Of a stretch of DNA of 51,736 nt, positions 34,931 through 43,978 are shown piece by piece. The translations under genes and the position numbers were made by a program. The stretch covers positions 1 to 51,736 of the IMG/VR virus record IMGVR_UViG_3300025864_000003; one strand, given 5' to 3'. The DNA comes from a virus (lineage: Duplodnaviria > Caudoviricetes). The notes beneath the pieces were generated by a model that was given only the letters and a program-made list of their open reading frames with translations, made no database searches and was not told the origin of the DNA. How positions within the stretch are numbered: position 1 is the first letter of the stretch; each line of letters begins with the position of its first letter.

Positions 34931-36367
34931 ATGATCGAGTGTCCATCCATAGAGGTGCTGGAGTCCATGGGTTTTGATTTCAACACTACATTTGGCGTGG
35001 AGTTCGAGTTCTACTGTGTAGACGAAGACCGTGACGGTGTGGCTGACCATCTCGACAGCACCACCGGCATCAGCACACGTAGTGAACACTACAACCACAT
35101 TGACAATGACCACTACTGGAAGATTGTCTCGGACGCATCCCTGGATAGTTACGAAGATGACGGGGGATACGAGTGCGAGAATTGCGAAGTAAATCCTACG
35201 TGCGACGAGGACTGTGCGTACAACTGCACCCCAAGTTATGATTGCAGCGAGTGCGAGGTGAACACATACGACGGGCCAGAAGGCGAAGGTCCAGAGTGCG
35301 GGGAATGTGCAGAGCTAAACGACTTCCCCTCGTATGAGTGCGGGGATTGCGAGCAAGAGCGATACTGTGACGAGGACTGCTCATACCACTGTAGCCGCAG
35401 CAATTCGGGCAAGGGGGGCATGGAGCTAGTGTCCCCAATCCTGCAAGGCCACAAGGGGCTGAGTCAGGTACACGCCATGTTGGAGGCGCTGGAGGGCCTT
35501 GATTGCAGCGTAGATGAGAGCTGCGGGATGCACCTGCATCTTGACGGCGAGTCTCTAACGCATAACGACATGAAGAACCTTGCGTCCCTATATGTCAAGT
35601 ATGAGGCCACCATCGACAGCATCATGCCTGCTTCCCGTAGAAACAACAGCAATTGTAAATCCATGTGCAACGCAAGGTGGGGCGCCAGGGACTACGGCTG
35701 CGAGGCTCCACGCTTGAAGAAGATTGCGGCCAAGTTCGATGAAATGGAATCCGCCAAGGTTATGAGCGAGCTTCTGGGCATATGGAGAGATCGCTTCATC
35801 AAGCTGAACCTGGAGGCTATGCACGACCACGGAACTGTTGAGTTTCGTCAGCATGGCGGTACTCTGAGTTTCGAGAAGACCATGCACTGGGTTACCCTGT
35901 GCATGAACATGAGGCGCAGAGCTGTATGCGTATCGAAGGTGAGTCTGTCTGCCGAGAGCTACCCGTCTCTGGAGTGTATGATGGACGAGTTGGGGTCCAG
36001 CGAAGAGAGTAGGGCCTTCTGGCTGAAGAGGCGCGACCAATTCGCGGAAGAGGTATCCGCAGACCGTGCTCGTGTTGAGGTGGATGAGGCTAGGCGTGCC
36101 GTACATTACGAACAGCGGGAACACGACGAGCGTGTTGCTGCACAAGAGGCTTGGCGCTGGAACGCGGAGAGAAACGAACGAGGTGCGCAGGCAAGTTGGC
36201 TATTGTGGGACTATCCGATCCCTCTGCCGGATTCGGCATACGAATTACTCGCACGAGACAGAGCCTTCTGGTATTCCCGGGGTGCCGCACAGGCGGCAAG
36301 GGCGGAGAATGAGATACGGCCAGAGCTTCTGTTCGGCGACTATTATATGGCAATGCACGTAGCATAA
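34931..36367 (+). CDS. Amidoligase (COOH-NH2 ligase type 2 / Amidoligase_2) with Cys-rich insert
   Basis: TFGVEFEF, WKIVSDASL, MELVSPIL, SCGMHLH, KLNL, GTVEFRQHGGT. Confidence 0.9.
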   Translation: MIECPSIEVLESMGFDFNTTFGVEFEFYCVDEDRDGVADHLDSTTGISTRSEHYNHIDNDHYWKIVSDASLDSYEDDGGYECENCEVNPTCDEDCAYNCTPSYDCSECEVNTYDGPEGEGPECGECAELNDFPSYECGDCEQERYCDEDCSYHCSRSNSGKGGMELVSPILQGHKGLSQVHAMLEALEGLDCSVDESCGMHLHLDGESLTHNDMKNLASLYVKYEATIDSIMPASRRNNSNCKSMCNARWGARDYGCEAPRLKKIAAKFDEMESAKVMSELLGIWRDRFIKLNLEAMHDHGTVEFRQHGGTLSFEKTMHWVTLCMNMRRRAVCVSKVSLSAESYPSLECMMDELGSSEESRAFWLKRRDQFAEEVSADRARVEVDEARRAVHYEQREHDERVAAQEAWRWNAERNERGAQASWLLWDYPIPLPDSAYELLARDRAFWYSRGAAQAARAENEIRPELLFGDYYMAMHVA

Positions 36368-36378
36368 TGGGAGGCTAT

Positions 36379-37200
36379 ATGACGAAGGACTACAAGAGGT
36401 TGTGGAAGTGGGTTGACCCCGAGGCATACAGACAGAAGATGGAGGACAAATACGAACATCACCCGCGCCTTTACATAGCATATGGAAGCAACCTGAACAT
36501 ACCGCAGATGCAGGCACGTTGCTACACTGCGAAGCAAGTAAGGGTCGTGAATCTTCTCGACTATGAGCTGGTGTTCACAGACGTGCTTACAGTCGAGCCG
36601 TTACTAGGCAGCAAGGTGCCGTGTGGACTGTGGCGCGTGACACCGGAGGACATTGACGCCCTAGACACATACGAGGGCTATCCCCACCTTTACGACAAGG
36701 TATATGTCACCATAAACATTGATGGCGTGGACGAACTGGCGTTCCTGTACGTGTTGGACATCGAATACGAGCTGTCGGCACCATACAGCGGTTACCTTCG
36801 CACCTGCCTTGACGGGTACAGGCAGTGGGGCCTTGACGAGAATGTGCTTAGAATGGCCGAGGCGGCTGCCGTGGACGCCGAGAGGGATGTAGAGAAAACA
36901 CCCATGGAGTGCTCCTCCTGTAACGTAGTTCTACCACGTCCGCTGATGACCAAGACTCGCTTATTTGGATGGATGTGCCTGGACTGTCAGGAAGTCATGT
37001 TCTACGGCCAAGACGGGAATGTGGCATCATACGGACACAACACCATAGGGACACCGAGAACATCGCTGTTGTATGATGACCTGTCGCCTGATTGGGAGAC
37101 TTGCGACCCCAGCGAGCTGGACTGGAGTCCCGGAGGCGACTATGCATATGACGACATGGGGTCGAACAGACAAGCGGATTGTGGAGGAGGATGGAGCTGA
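36379..37200 (+). CDS. Gamma-glutamylcyclotransferase (AIG2/GGCT-like) with C-terminal Zn finger
   Basis: YIAYGSNLN..QM..RC, ALDTYEGYP.LY; CSSC...CLDC. Confidence 0.9.
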   Translation: MTKDYKRLWKWVDPEAYRQKMEDKYEHHPRLYIAYGSNLNIPQMQARCYTAKQVRVVNLLDYELVFTDVLTVEPLLGSKVPCGLWRVTPEDIDALDTYEGYPHLYDKVYVTINIDGVDELAFLYVLDIEYELSAPYSGYLRTCLDGYRQWGLDENVLRMAEAAAVDAERDVEKTPMECSSCNVVLPRPLMTKTRLFGWMCLDCQEVMFYGQDGNVASYGHNTIGTPRTSLLYDDLSPDWETCDPSELDWSPGGDYAYDDMGSNRQADCGGGWS

Positions 37201-37355
37201 TGAACAGAGTAGAAAAGGCGCTATTCCTACTGGAGTGGGTCGAAGACCTGGTAGATACAGAATGCATTGACGGAAAATACAACGATCAACTCAGGAGAGC
37301 GCGTCACAAGCTTCGGGATGCCACTCTTGAGCTGCAACTGGTGAACAAACCATGA
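37200..37355 (+). CDS. Hypothetical protein (51 aa)
   Basis: TGATG-coupled; MNRVEKALFLLEW...; read manually. Confidence 0.55.
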   Translation: MNRVEKALFLLEWVEDLVDTECIDGKYNDQLRRARHKLRDATLELQLVNKP

Positions 37356-37585
37356 AAACACCACAGGACCAGTTTCTTTGCGATGCCGTGCGTCGGATGA
37401 TTGGTGCTCATCGTTCGGCGGACTATTTTCTGATGCAGCATCGCAACCTAAGGAAGCATGTTGAGTTTGCCATTGAGGCGCAGCGCATGTACACCATCGC
37501 GGATAAGAGATTGCAGGAGTTGGGCGTCGTAGATAATGCGGCGCGACAGAACTGTATTCACGGCATCGTATCGGCCCCGACATGA
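37352..37585 (+). CDS. Hypothetical protein
   Basis: ATGA-coupled at both ends. Confidence 0.55.
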   Translation: MKTPQDQFLCDAVRRMIGAHRSADYFLMQHRNLRKHVEFAIEAQRMYTIADKRLQELGVVDNAARQNCIHGIVSAPT

Positions 37586-37719
37586 AGGCGCGGACTGTAA
37601 ATGCACTTGCGGACGCTACTATATGGGCGGCAATTCGCATCCTCGGGTTGATGCCGAGGGTGATAGTAAAACTGGGTTCGGAGGAGAGGAAATAGGATGT
37701 ATAATATACAGGAGGTATC

Positions 37720-37893
37720 ATGAACCTAAACCCTGATCCCGATCGTATTTACTGTCCCGACTGCGGGGAAGACGGCGGACTGGCGGAAGTGGTGAGCGGC
37801 TACTTCAGTCCAGATGTGCTGATATTCCGCTGTCCGTACTGTCACACGCTTGTGGAGGATGGCTGCTTCGTCTACATCAAGCCCCCGAGATGA
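37720..37893 (+). CDS. Small Zn-ribbon protein (57 aa)
   Basis: TATAAT at 37700, SD AGGAGG; CPDCG...CPYC. Confidence 0.7.
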   Translation: MNLNPDPDRIYCPDCGEDGGLAEVVSGYFSPDVLIFRCPYCHTLVEDGCFVYIKPPR

Positions 37894-37972
37894 CAGAGCT
37901 CATCGTTACGGGGGTTGTCACGATTGTAATCTGTGTCATAATTATTAGTATGTTTGTACCTGGGAGGAACAA

Positions 37973-38407
37973 ATGAGCAATATGAAGAATTGGTGCGACG
38001 GCCTGCGTGACTTGGTGAGCTTTGTGGAGTGTCGCGAAGACATGTTCGACGGATACATCACGCCATTTACCATGAACCTGTTCGCCGATGATGCCGAGAA
38101 CATGGCCGAAAAGGCGCGCCTGCTGGGAACAGCCAGCAAACATGAGCAGGGTGGGTACTACTTCCTGGAAAAGAATTTCGGCCCACACAGCGTTCAGTTG
38201 AACATCCAGCGTGACCAGATTTGCGCTAAGGTGCAAGTCGGCACAAAGACGGTTCTAAGGCCGGACCCAGGTGTTCCGCAAATAGAGGTGGAAGAGCCCG
38301 TGTATGAATGGACTTGTCCTGACTCGGTGCTATCTGGGGGCCTAGCCTCCGATCTCTCTGGCGATGAACCCGTCACCACCGACAGCGAAGTTGAAGGTGT
38401 GATGTGA
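37973..38407 (+). CDS. Hypothetical phage protein
   Basis: SD GGAGG; C-terminal RDQICAKVQVG...EPVYEWTCP motif. Confidence 0.75.
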   Translation: MSNMKNWCDGLRDLVSFVECREDMFDGYITPFTMNLFADDAENMAEKARLLGTASKHEQGGYYFLEKNFGPHSVQLNIQRDQICAKVQVGTKTVLRPDPGVPQIEVEEPVYEWTCPDSVLSGGLASDLSGDEPVTTDSEVEGVM

Positions 38408-38628
38408 GCGGACCATGCACCGACTGCGGAGGGCCTGATTACCAGACGCTGGAAGCGAAGAACGTCATAGCGGCCGAAGACCTTGAGGCAGCCAAGCGCG
38501 ATTTGCAAGTGGAGCGCGAGTGGCGCGGAAAGGCCGAGGCCATAGTTGGCGAGCTGGAGGGCAGGAACACCCAACTGCGCGTTGCTCTTGACGACATCTC
38601 AGAGATATTGGAGGGGGTGTTCGCATGA
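38404..38628 (+). CDS. Coiled-coil hypothetical protein
   Basis: GTGA-coupled; KAEAIVGELE. Confidence 0.6.
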   Translation: MSGPCTDCGGPDYQTLEAKNVIAAEDLEAAKRDLQVEREWRGKAEAIVGELEGRNTQLRVALDDISEILEGVFA

Positions 38629-38879
38629 GCGTGTTGGACGAACTGCGGAAGACCCTGGGCAACGACCCACACGGTGACGGGTGGAGAACAGATGACATTC
38701 TGTCCGAGATTTATGCCTTCGAGGATGCACACCCGGGGCTGATGGACCTGACCCAGGCGTGCGACAGGTGCGGCAAGCCGATGAGTTGGCAGATGGAAGT
38801 CGGCGTGCGTATAGCGGATTCCAACCCCAGGAACTTCTCCGGGTGTCTCTGCCCAGCCTGCGCCAAGGAGATCAAATGA
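38625..38879 (+). CDS. Zn-finger hypothetical protein
   Basis: CDRCG...LCPAC; ATGA-coupled. Confidence 0.65.
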   Translation: MSVLDELRKTLGNDPHGDGWRTDDILSEIYAFEDAHPGLMDLTQACDRCGKPMSWQMEVGVRIADSNPRNFSGCLCPACAKEIK

Positions 38880-39049
38880 GCGTACAGGAAGAGTTCGAGC
38901 CCAACTTCAACGCACGGTGGGCATTTGAAGAGCACATGCATATATTGGAAGAAGAGGAGGCGGACCGATACGAAGGCACGAACTTTGATGAGGATTTCAC
39001 CGTCTATGACGAAGACCTATGGACGTGGGCGGACAATGATCGCAGCTGA
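38876..39049 (+). CDS. Very acidic small protein (57 aa)
   Basis: SD AAGGAG; D/E- and aromatic-rich. Confidence 0.6.
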   Translation: MSVQEEFEPNFNARWAFEEHMHILEEEEADRYEGTNFDEDFTVYDEDLWTWADNDRS

Positions 39050-39237
39050 GAAGGAGACGAAATGAGTGCATACGGATATCGCATTGAGGTGTACGAATAC
39101 GATGTCGACGGCGAGCCGTGCAATGTGTCGTCAACTGGCTCCGAGTTTGATGAGGAAGCCCTGGCCGAGGCACACAATAGACTAGCAAGCGGGGCGTCTT
39201 CCGTCGTCATCCAGTTAGTGACTACATGGAGGCAGCT

Positions 39238-39750
39238 GTGAGTGAATCCACCGCCACATTCACGAGTGTGAGGGATCACATCGCCGCACTAGAGGAAACG
39301 AATAGGCAGCTGTTAGCGCAAGTTATATCAGTTTCCGACTGCTACGGCTATAATCATGCCCATCATGCCGCCCGCATTGTCGAGCTGGAGGCCAGGAACG
39401 AACGCGGCAGTGCGACCATCGCTAACTGCATGGGCCAGATTGCCGACATTCGCAAGCAGCTCGGATGCCCGCAGGATCGACACGTCGGGTTGTTTGCGAA
39501 AAAGACACGGCAGCGTGCCGAGAATGCAGAAGCCGCCATCGAGCAGCTGAGGACCGCCCTTGTTGCAATTCAGTCCACCACCCCGGGCTCCGCACATCGC
39601 ATTGCCATTCAGGCACTAACGGAGCGTATCCATTGCGATAGCGTAGACGAATACACCTGCACGGAGTGCTCGGGTCACAATCGTTGCGAGGACGAAATGG
39701 ACGCAGGCTTTGGGGACTACGGCAGAGACGACCCGAGAGAGGACCGATGA
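39238..39750 (+). CDS. Coiled-coil hypothetical protein with C-terminal Cys cluster
   Basis: SD GGAGG; RIVELEA, RAENAEAAIEQLR. Confidence 0.6.
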   Translation: MSESTATFTSVRDHIAALEETNRQLLAQVISVSDCYGYNHAHHAARIVELEARNERGSATIANCMGQIADIRKQLGCPQDRHVGLFAKKTRQRAENAEAAIEQLRTALVAIQSTTPGSAHRIAIQALTERIHCDSVDEYTCTECSGHNRCEDEMDAGFGDYGRDDPREDR

Positions 39751-40088
39751 GCGAGCTTACATCATTCCGCATGGACAAGTACGAGGTCTACGACAGGGAC
39801 GAAGCAGACCACTTCATCGCCAAGCTGATAAGCGTCAGGGCGAACGAAGCGAGCGGGTTCCGCACCCTTATCGCCGAGCTGGAGGCGGAGGTCAACAAGA
39901 TTCGGGCGGAGTACCACTACGACCTCATCTACTACAACCGCGAGCGCGCCGAGCAGGCCGAGGCCGAGCGGGACGCGCTGAAGTGCTGCGGGAACTGCGG
40001 GCACGACAGAGCCGCTGACGATTGCTGCGACAACTGCACCGTGGACGCGCCCCGTTGGACGAGGAGGGAGAATCATGTTGATGTGTAA
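39747..40088 (+). CDS. Coiled-coil + Cys-cluster hypothetical protein
   Basis: IAELEAEV, RAEQAEAE, KCCGNCGH. Confidence 0.65.
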   Translation: MSELTSFRMDKYEVYDRDEADHFIAKLISVRANEASGFRTLIAELEAEVNKIRAEYHYDLIYYNRERAEQAEAERDALKCCGNCGHDRAADDCCDNCTVDAPRWTRRENHVDV

Positions 40089-40308
40089 GGATTGTAAGGA
40101 CGATATTTGTCCCGAGGCGGGCGTTGACATGCCCGCTTGCGACGACTTCCACGGGGGCGAGGAGAAGCCTCTCTGGCTCGGGCCAGAAGAAGAGAGGGCA
40201 ATACACGACCTATTCAGGGCGGTGTCTGCGCTAGACGCTCGGCTGGGTACCATGGAGCGTCGGTGGGAGAAGATGCTGGCTGCCATTGTAAGAGAGGCGA
40301 ACGAATGA
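40075..40308 (+). CDS. Hypothetical protein
   Basis: SD GGAGGGAG; CKDC...C...C. Confidence 0.6.
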   Translation: MLMCKDCKDDICPEAGVDMPACDDFHGGEEKPLWLGPEEERAIHDLFRAVSALDARLGTMERRWEKMLAAIVREANE

Positions 40309-40559
40309 GCTGGACTAGCGACGCAACCTGCAATACGTGCCCCTGGTACTACCAGTTCACCACCGAAGAGCGCGACGCGCTGGATGCAGTGCCCTCGTGG
40401 GAGGGATACACCGGACTGTGCCGCATCGGTCGTCCACTGGTGATGGGAGACAGCAAGGGCGTTTGGCCCGCCATCACTAAAGCTGCGTGGTGCGGTGAGC
40501 ACCCCGACCGCCAGCGGCGCGATTACGCAGAAACCACGCTTCTTGGACGCACTGAATGA
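40305..40559 (+). CDS. Cys-rich hypothetical protein
   Basis: CNTCPWY...GLCR...WP......WCGEH pattern. Confidence 0.65.
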   Translation: MSWTSDATCNTCPWYYQFTTEERDALDAVPSWEGYTGLCRIGRPLVMGDSKGVWPAITKAAWCGEHPDRQRRDYAETTLLGRTE

Positions 40560-40822
40560 CCGCCATCAAGATAGTTCCACGACCTGACGGAAGTAAGCCC
40601 CGAACATCCGGTCTACATAGAACGTGTAGAACTTGCGGCACCAGAGTGAATCAGTACAAGAACCCCAGCGCCGCCGAAACTCTCTGCTACTGTTGCGAGG
40701 ACAAGCTACCATGGACGTATGCTCTCATAGCGGGCGGAGGCACCTTCGCGGAGGACCCTAAGAACAGAAGGACGACCAAATTAGTAGTTACAGTTGACCC
40801 AGAAACTCAAGGGGGAACATGA
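40556..40822 (+). CDS. Zn-finger hypothetical protein
   Basis: RTCRTCGT..NQY.N....LCYCC. Confidence 0.6.
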   Translation: MTAIKIVPRPDGSKPRTSGLHRTCRTCGTRVNQYKNPSAAETLCYCCEDKLPWTYALIAGGGTFAEDPKNRRTTKLVVTVDPETQGGT

Positions 40823-41046
40823 AAATATTTGCAGACAATGTGTGGAATTTCAACCGGGCACCAGGCTATGCCACGGAAAGCATGGCCCCTCCCGGAATTG
40901 TGCTATGCAGCGAGTGTGGACGTGAGATCAAGCCGGATGAGAGCTGTTTCGACCGGCTCGTTGAGAGCGACGCCGATGAGGACCATGCGTCCATTTGGAA
41001 TCTCCTCTACATCTGCACCTCGTGCTTCAAGAAGGGGCTGGGATGA
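40819..41046 (+). CDS. Zn-finger protein (paralogue of next gene)
   Basis: CSECGREIKPDESCFDR...YICTSC. Confidence 0.65.
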   Translation: MKIFADNVWNFNRAPGYATESMAPPGIVLCSECGREIKPDESCFDRLVESDADEDHASIWNLLYICTSCFKKGLG

Positions 41047-41255
41047 AAGGCAAGAACCCCGACACCCAGTGGCGTATGAGCTGGGGAACAGACCATGACG
41101 GGGCTGTCGCATTTGGTATACGATATGTGCCCTGTCAAGTCTGTGGTCGCGGCATACACCCGGAAGAAGACTGCTTCACCCGATTTATCGGCTCGGGCCT
41201 TGATTGGACCACACAGTATCTCTGTTGGTCATGCGAAGAGAAGGGGTGGACGTGA
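41043..41255 (+). CDS. Zn-finger protein (paralogue of previous gene)
   Basis: CQVCGRGIHPEEDCFTR...YLCWSC. Confidence 0.65.
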   Translation: MKGKNPDTQWRMSWGTDHDGAVAFGIRYVPCQVCGRGIHPEEDCFTRFIGSGLDWTTQYLCWSCEEKGWT

Positions 41256-41512
41256 TGAAGGTGCTTCTCATCATCATCGTTGTTAGCGCCGTGCTGTTCA
41301 TATGGGGCCTCTGGGGGGAGCGGCTGCCAGGGACCCAGAACAAGATCGAGCCCGAGCATCCATGGCCTGCCCCACCAGTCCACCGGGGCGTGCCTGTTGA
41401 CTGTGATGAGTATTGCCTCCATGACGGTCGCTGCTACCATGATGGGTTGGACGACATCTGTCCTCGCGAACCACAGTGTCATGATGAGGATAGGGGCTGG
41501 GAGGATGGTTGA
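41255..41512 (+). CDS. Membrane-anchored Cys/His-rich protein
   Basis: N-terminal TM helix; Cys-rich C-terminus. Confidence 0.6.
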   Translation: MKVLLIIIVVSAVLFIWGLWGERLPGTQNKIEPEHPWPAPPVHRGVPVDCDEYCLHDGRCYHDGLDDICPREPQCHDEDRGWEDG

Positions 41513-41714
41513 GGTAACCGTCAAGAAGGCACGCAAGTTGAAGTCCCCCATCGTCGTAAGGCACAAGGGAGAGTGGTGTGAGGTGCAGGAGATAAGGACA
41601 TGGGGCAAGAATTGGATGGTAATAACCGACGGGGAAGACTTCGTAGTTGGGGACACCTGGCATGGCCTCTTTAGGGTGTCGGGGAAGGAGCGTACTGCCC
41701 TCCTGGAAAGCTAG
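41505..41714 (+). CDS. Small beta-rich hypothetical protein
   Basis: SD GGGAGG; last plus-strand gene before the terminator. Confidence 0.6.
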   Translation: MVEVTVKKARKLKSPIVVRHKGEWCEVQEIRTWGKNWMVITDGEDFVVGDTWHGLFRVSGKERTALLES

Positions 41715-41735
41715 GGGGCGCGTTCATAACAAACG

Positions 41736-41775
41736 AGGGCTAGGAGGCGCATGCGCGCTTCCTGGCCCCTTTTTT
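41736..41775 (+). terminator. Rho-independent terminator at the convergence of the two arms
   Basis: GGGCTAGGAGGCGC-atgc-GCGCTTCCTGGCCC followed by a T6 tract. Confidence 0.85.
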
Positions 41776-41794
41776 CGTTCTATTTACCGCTGTG

Positions 41795-42196
41795 TTACAT
41801 GCCCTCACGCACCCGCGTGGGGGGCGACCACTCCGTGTAAAGCCTGGGTCCACGACTGATGTTACAGGAGGGGCAGGAGATACATAGGTTGTCCGGGCTT
41901 CCGGTGCCATCCCTCGCTATCGGGACGAAGTGATCGGCGTGGTAGTCTTCAAGCTCTTGACAGCAGAACCTACACAGTCCCTGTTGCAGCTCTATCTGTG
42001 CGCGGATGTCCTTGGGGGAGAACCTATCGTCCCCGCCGCTCCTGCGTTTCCATCGCTTTGCCCGACGTTGCTCCGTGGTGAGAGGGTGGTCACGGGCATA
42101 CTCACGTTGATAGTCCTGCCTAGCCTCCTGATTTGCAGCGTAGTAGGCGTGCTGGTAGGCCAGCAGTCGGTCCCGGTTGTCACTGTAGTAGCTCAT
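41795..42196 (-). CDS. HNH endonuclease
   Basis: CRFC...YHADHFVPIARDG....NLCISCPSCNISRG. Confidence 0.9.
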   Translation of the reverse strand: MSYYSDNRDRLLAYQHAYYAANQEARQDYQREYARDHPLTTEQRRAKRWKRRSGGDDRFSPKDIRAQIELQQGLCRFCCQELEDYHADHFVPIARDGTGSPDNLCISCPSCNISRGPRLYTEWSPPTRVREGM

Positions 42197-42202
42197 ACTT
42201 AC

Positions 42203-42211
42203 ATTATATCA
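42203..42211 (-). promoter_or_regulatory. Extended -10 promoter, probable leaderless HNH transcript
   Basis: TGaTATAAT-gtaagt-ATG on the minus strand. Confidence 0.7.
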
Positions 42212-42222
42212 TACTTTTTTTA

Positions 42223-42266
42223 GGGGAGTCATCCGCAAATTCACGCGGGTGACTCCCCCTTTTTTT
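42223..42266 (+). terminator. Hairpin with T-tract on the plus strand
   Basis: GGGGAGTCATCCGC / GCGGGTGACTCCCC stem followed by TTTTTT. Confidence 0.6.
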
Positions 42267-42558
42267 ATTTCGCGCGAGCGGCTGCGCGGTGACCCATGCG
42301 GTTCGGGTACAGCCAGCATGTGGTAGACGGGCAAGCCTCAACCGGCTCAGATGATACGCTCTTCTTGATGATCGAGCCATCACCGTTGCGCCAGTCGAAG
42401 TAGTGACCACCCTGACACTCCACACAGAAGTGTCGGATAGCTTCGGCGGCGGTGAGGCGCTCCTCCAGGAGGTTGCCGTACCCTCCCGACGTGAAGTCCT
42501 CAACGATGTAACCCGAGGGAACCTTGGTCGTCTTCTTAGATACAGCTGTCTTTCGCAT
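42265..42558 (-). CDS. Cys-rich phage protein
   Basis: AIRHFCVECQGG...VEACPSTTCWLYPNRMG motif. Confidence 0.7.
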   Translation of the reverse strand: MRKTAVSKKTTKVPSGYIVEDFTSGGYGNLLEERLTAAEAIRHFCVECQGGHYFDWRNGDGSIIKKSVSSEPVEACPSTTCWLYPNRMGHRAAARAK

Positions 42559-42724
42559 AATCATCCTCTCCGTGTATCGGACAGTCATCACTGATCCAGA
42601 AGCAGACGGAGCTGCTTCCTCCATAGCGGAACCCCGCTCCATGACCGTTGTCTCCTATCGCACACGTACAGCCCCCCGCGACGGCAATGGGACTTCCGGG
42701 ATTGGGGGTTACCTGCTCTTCCAT
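42536..42724 (-). CDS. Small Cys-rich phage protein
   Basis: PNPGS..AV.GGCTC...DN.HG.G...DCPIHG motif; SD GAGGAGG. Confidence 0.7.
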   Translation of the reverse strand: MEEQVTPNPGSPIAVAGGCTCAIGDNGHGAGFRYGGSSSVCFWISDDCPIHGEDDYAKDSCI

Positions 42725-42954
42725 TCCTCCTCAGCTCCTTCCAGTGTGACAAGAGCTAGCCCGACGTGGCATTGGTCTGCTCGGTTGCAATCATCCATGT
42801 ATTCTACCATCCAGCTGAGTCTTTCGACTTGCCGGCAGAGTCTCGCTATTCTCACCTGATCACGGAGAAGACCACGCCACAGCACGGTCTTCGCCTTGGC
42901 GGTGAACTGCATCCATAATTGGGGCGGTGTTCCGCCGTGCACGTCAGCGTCCAT
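42709..42954 (-). CDS. Hypothetical protein
   Basis: Overlapping operon arrangement. Confidence 0.5.
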   Translation of the reverse strand: MDADVHGGTPPQLWMQFTAKAKTVLWRGLLRDQVRIARLCRQVERLSWMVEYMDDCNRADQCHVGLALVTLEGAEEEWKSR

Positions 42955-43174
42955 CTTTCACCATCATTTCTACCATCTCCATCAGTCTCCTTCTGGGTAG
43001 TGCAAACATAGCCCCACCACTCTGCTGCCCGACATCCTCCACAAAGAGTACGCGACACATGTCTCCCATAACATCACTGGCATCAATGGCGAAGCGAGAT
43101 GTTTTTATCCACCCATCCATGCGGGTGTAAAAGCAAAAGTCGTATATCTTACCCTGCGGCAGTGCTTCCTTCAT
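42944..43174 (-). CDS. Hypothetical protein
   Basis: ATGA-coupled. Confidence 0.55.
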   Translation of the reverse strand: MKEALPQGKIYDFCFYTRMDGWIKTSRFAIDASDVMGDMCRVLFVEDVGQQSGGAMFALPRRRLMEMVEMMVKDGR

Positions 43175-43398
43175 TTCAGTGGTCCTAGGTCGGTGTTTCT
43201 CATAATAATCTGGGGTGGACCCAGGGTGTTGATGACGGAGGCGATGGAGGCCAGAGCATCAACGATCTGCTGGGGCTCTATCCTGTCATCATCCACCAGA
43301 TAGGACAGGACCTGGTGGAAGTCGCCCAGTAGTGCGTGCGGAGGAATGAATTCGGTAGTAGACACTGCATCCCCAATAAATATTCCGCCCCCCATCAC
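43171..43398 (-). CDS. Hypothetical protein
   Basis: GTGA-coupled. Confidence 0.55.
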   Translation of the reverse strand: MMGGGIFIGDAVSTTEFIPPHALLGDFHQVLSYLVDDDRIEPQQIVDALASIASVINTLGPPQIIMRNTDLGPLK

Positions 43399-43673
43399 AC
43401 ACCAGCCCTTGCCGCAGAGAGTCTTGATTGCAGTCCGGACTCGATGCGATGCAGGGAAGACTCCTCTCCCCGTATCATCTTCATCTCGTACTCCATTTCC
43501 CCAATCTCCTCATCGTCTTCCGAGCTGCGTATCAACGTCCGCAGCACGCGCTTCTCTTGATAGAGGGCATACAGGAAGCTGACTACAGCCCCCAGCGCCT
43601 TGTCCGTCTCGTCCATCGAGGCCCGCGTGGCCTCAAGTGGAGTGAGATAGGGACCTATTGCGTTACTCGTCAT
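43395..43673 (-). CDS. Helical hypothetical protein
   Basis: SD AAGGA; ATGA-coupled. Confidence 0.6.
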   Translation of the reverse strand: MTSNAIGPYLTPLEATRASMDETDKALGAVVSFLYALYQEKRVLRTLIRSSEDDEEIGEMEYEMKMIRGEESSLHRIESGLQSRLSAARAGV

Positions 43674-43978
43674 TTTCCTTCTCCTTTGTAGGGTGGTCCG
43701 TCATTCCTGCACCGCCCCGGATAGTAGAACCTAACCATCCACATGTGGAAAGGTCCGACCTCACACAGGGCGGCAATTTTGCTGGTGTCCCCATCGTGCA
43801 CACAATCGTGGTCGATGCGACAAAGGGGCACCATCTCATCCAGCCCATCCGACGCCCCATGAGATACACGAACGGGCCAGTGATGGGGGTCGCAACCACT
43901 TCTTCCACAGAGCAAGCACTCCCAGCTTCGAGTGAGTCTCCTGTTGCGGATGGACTTGTGCCCATTAGCACGACTCAT
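43670..43978 (-). CDS. HNH-like / DUF968-like nuclease
   Basis: CLLCG....DPHH.......G......VPLCRIDHDCVH. Confidence 0.7.
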   Translation of the reverse strand: MSRANGHKSIRNRRLTRSWECLLCGRSGCDPHHWPVRVSHGASDGLDEMVPLCRIDHDCVHDGDTSKIAALCEVGPFHMWMVRFYYPGRCRNDGPPYKGEGK

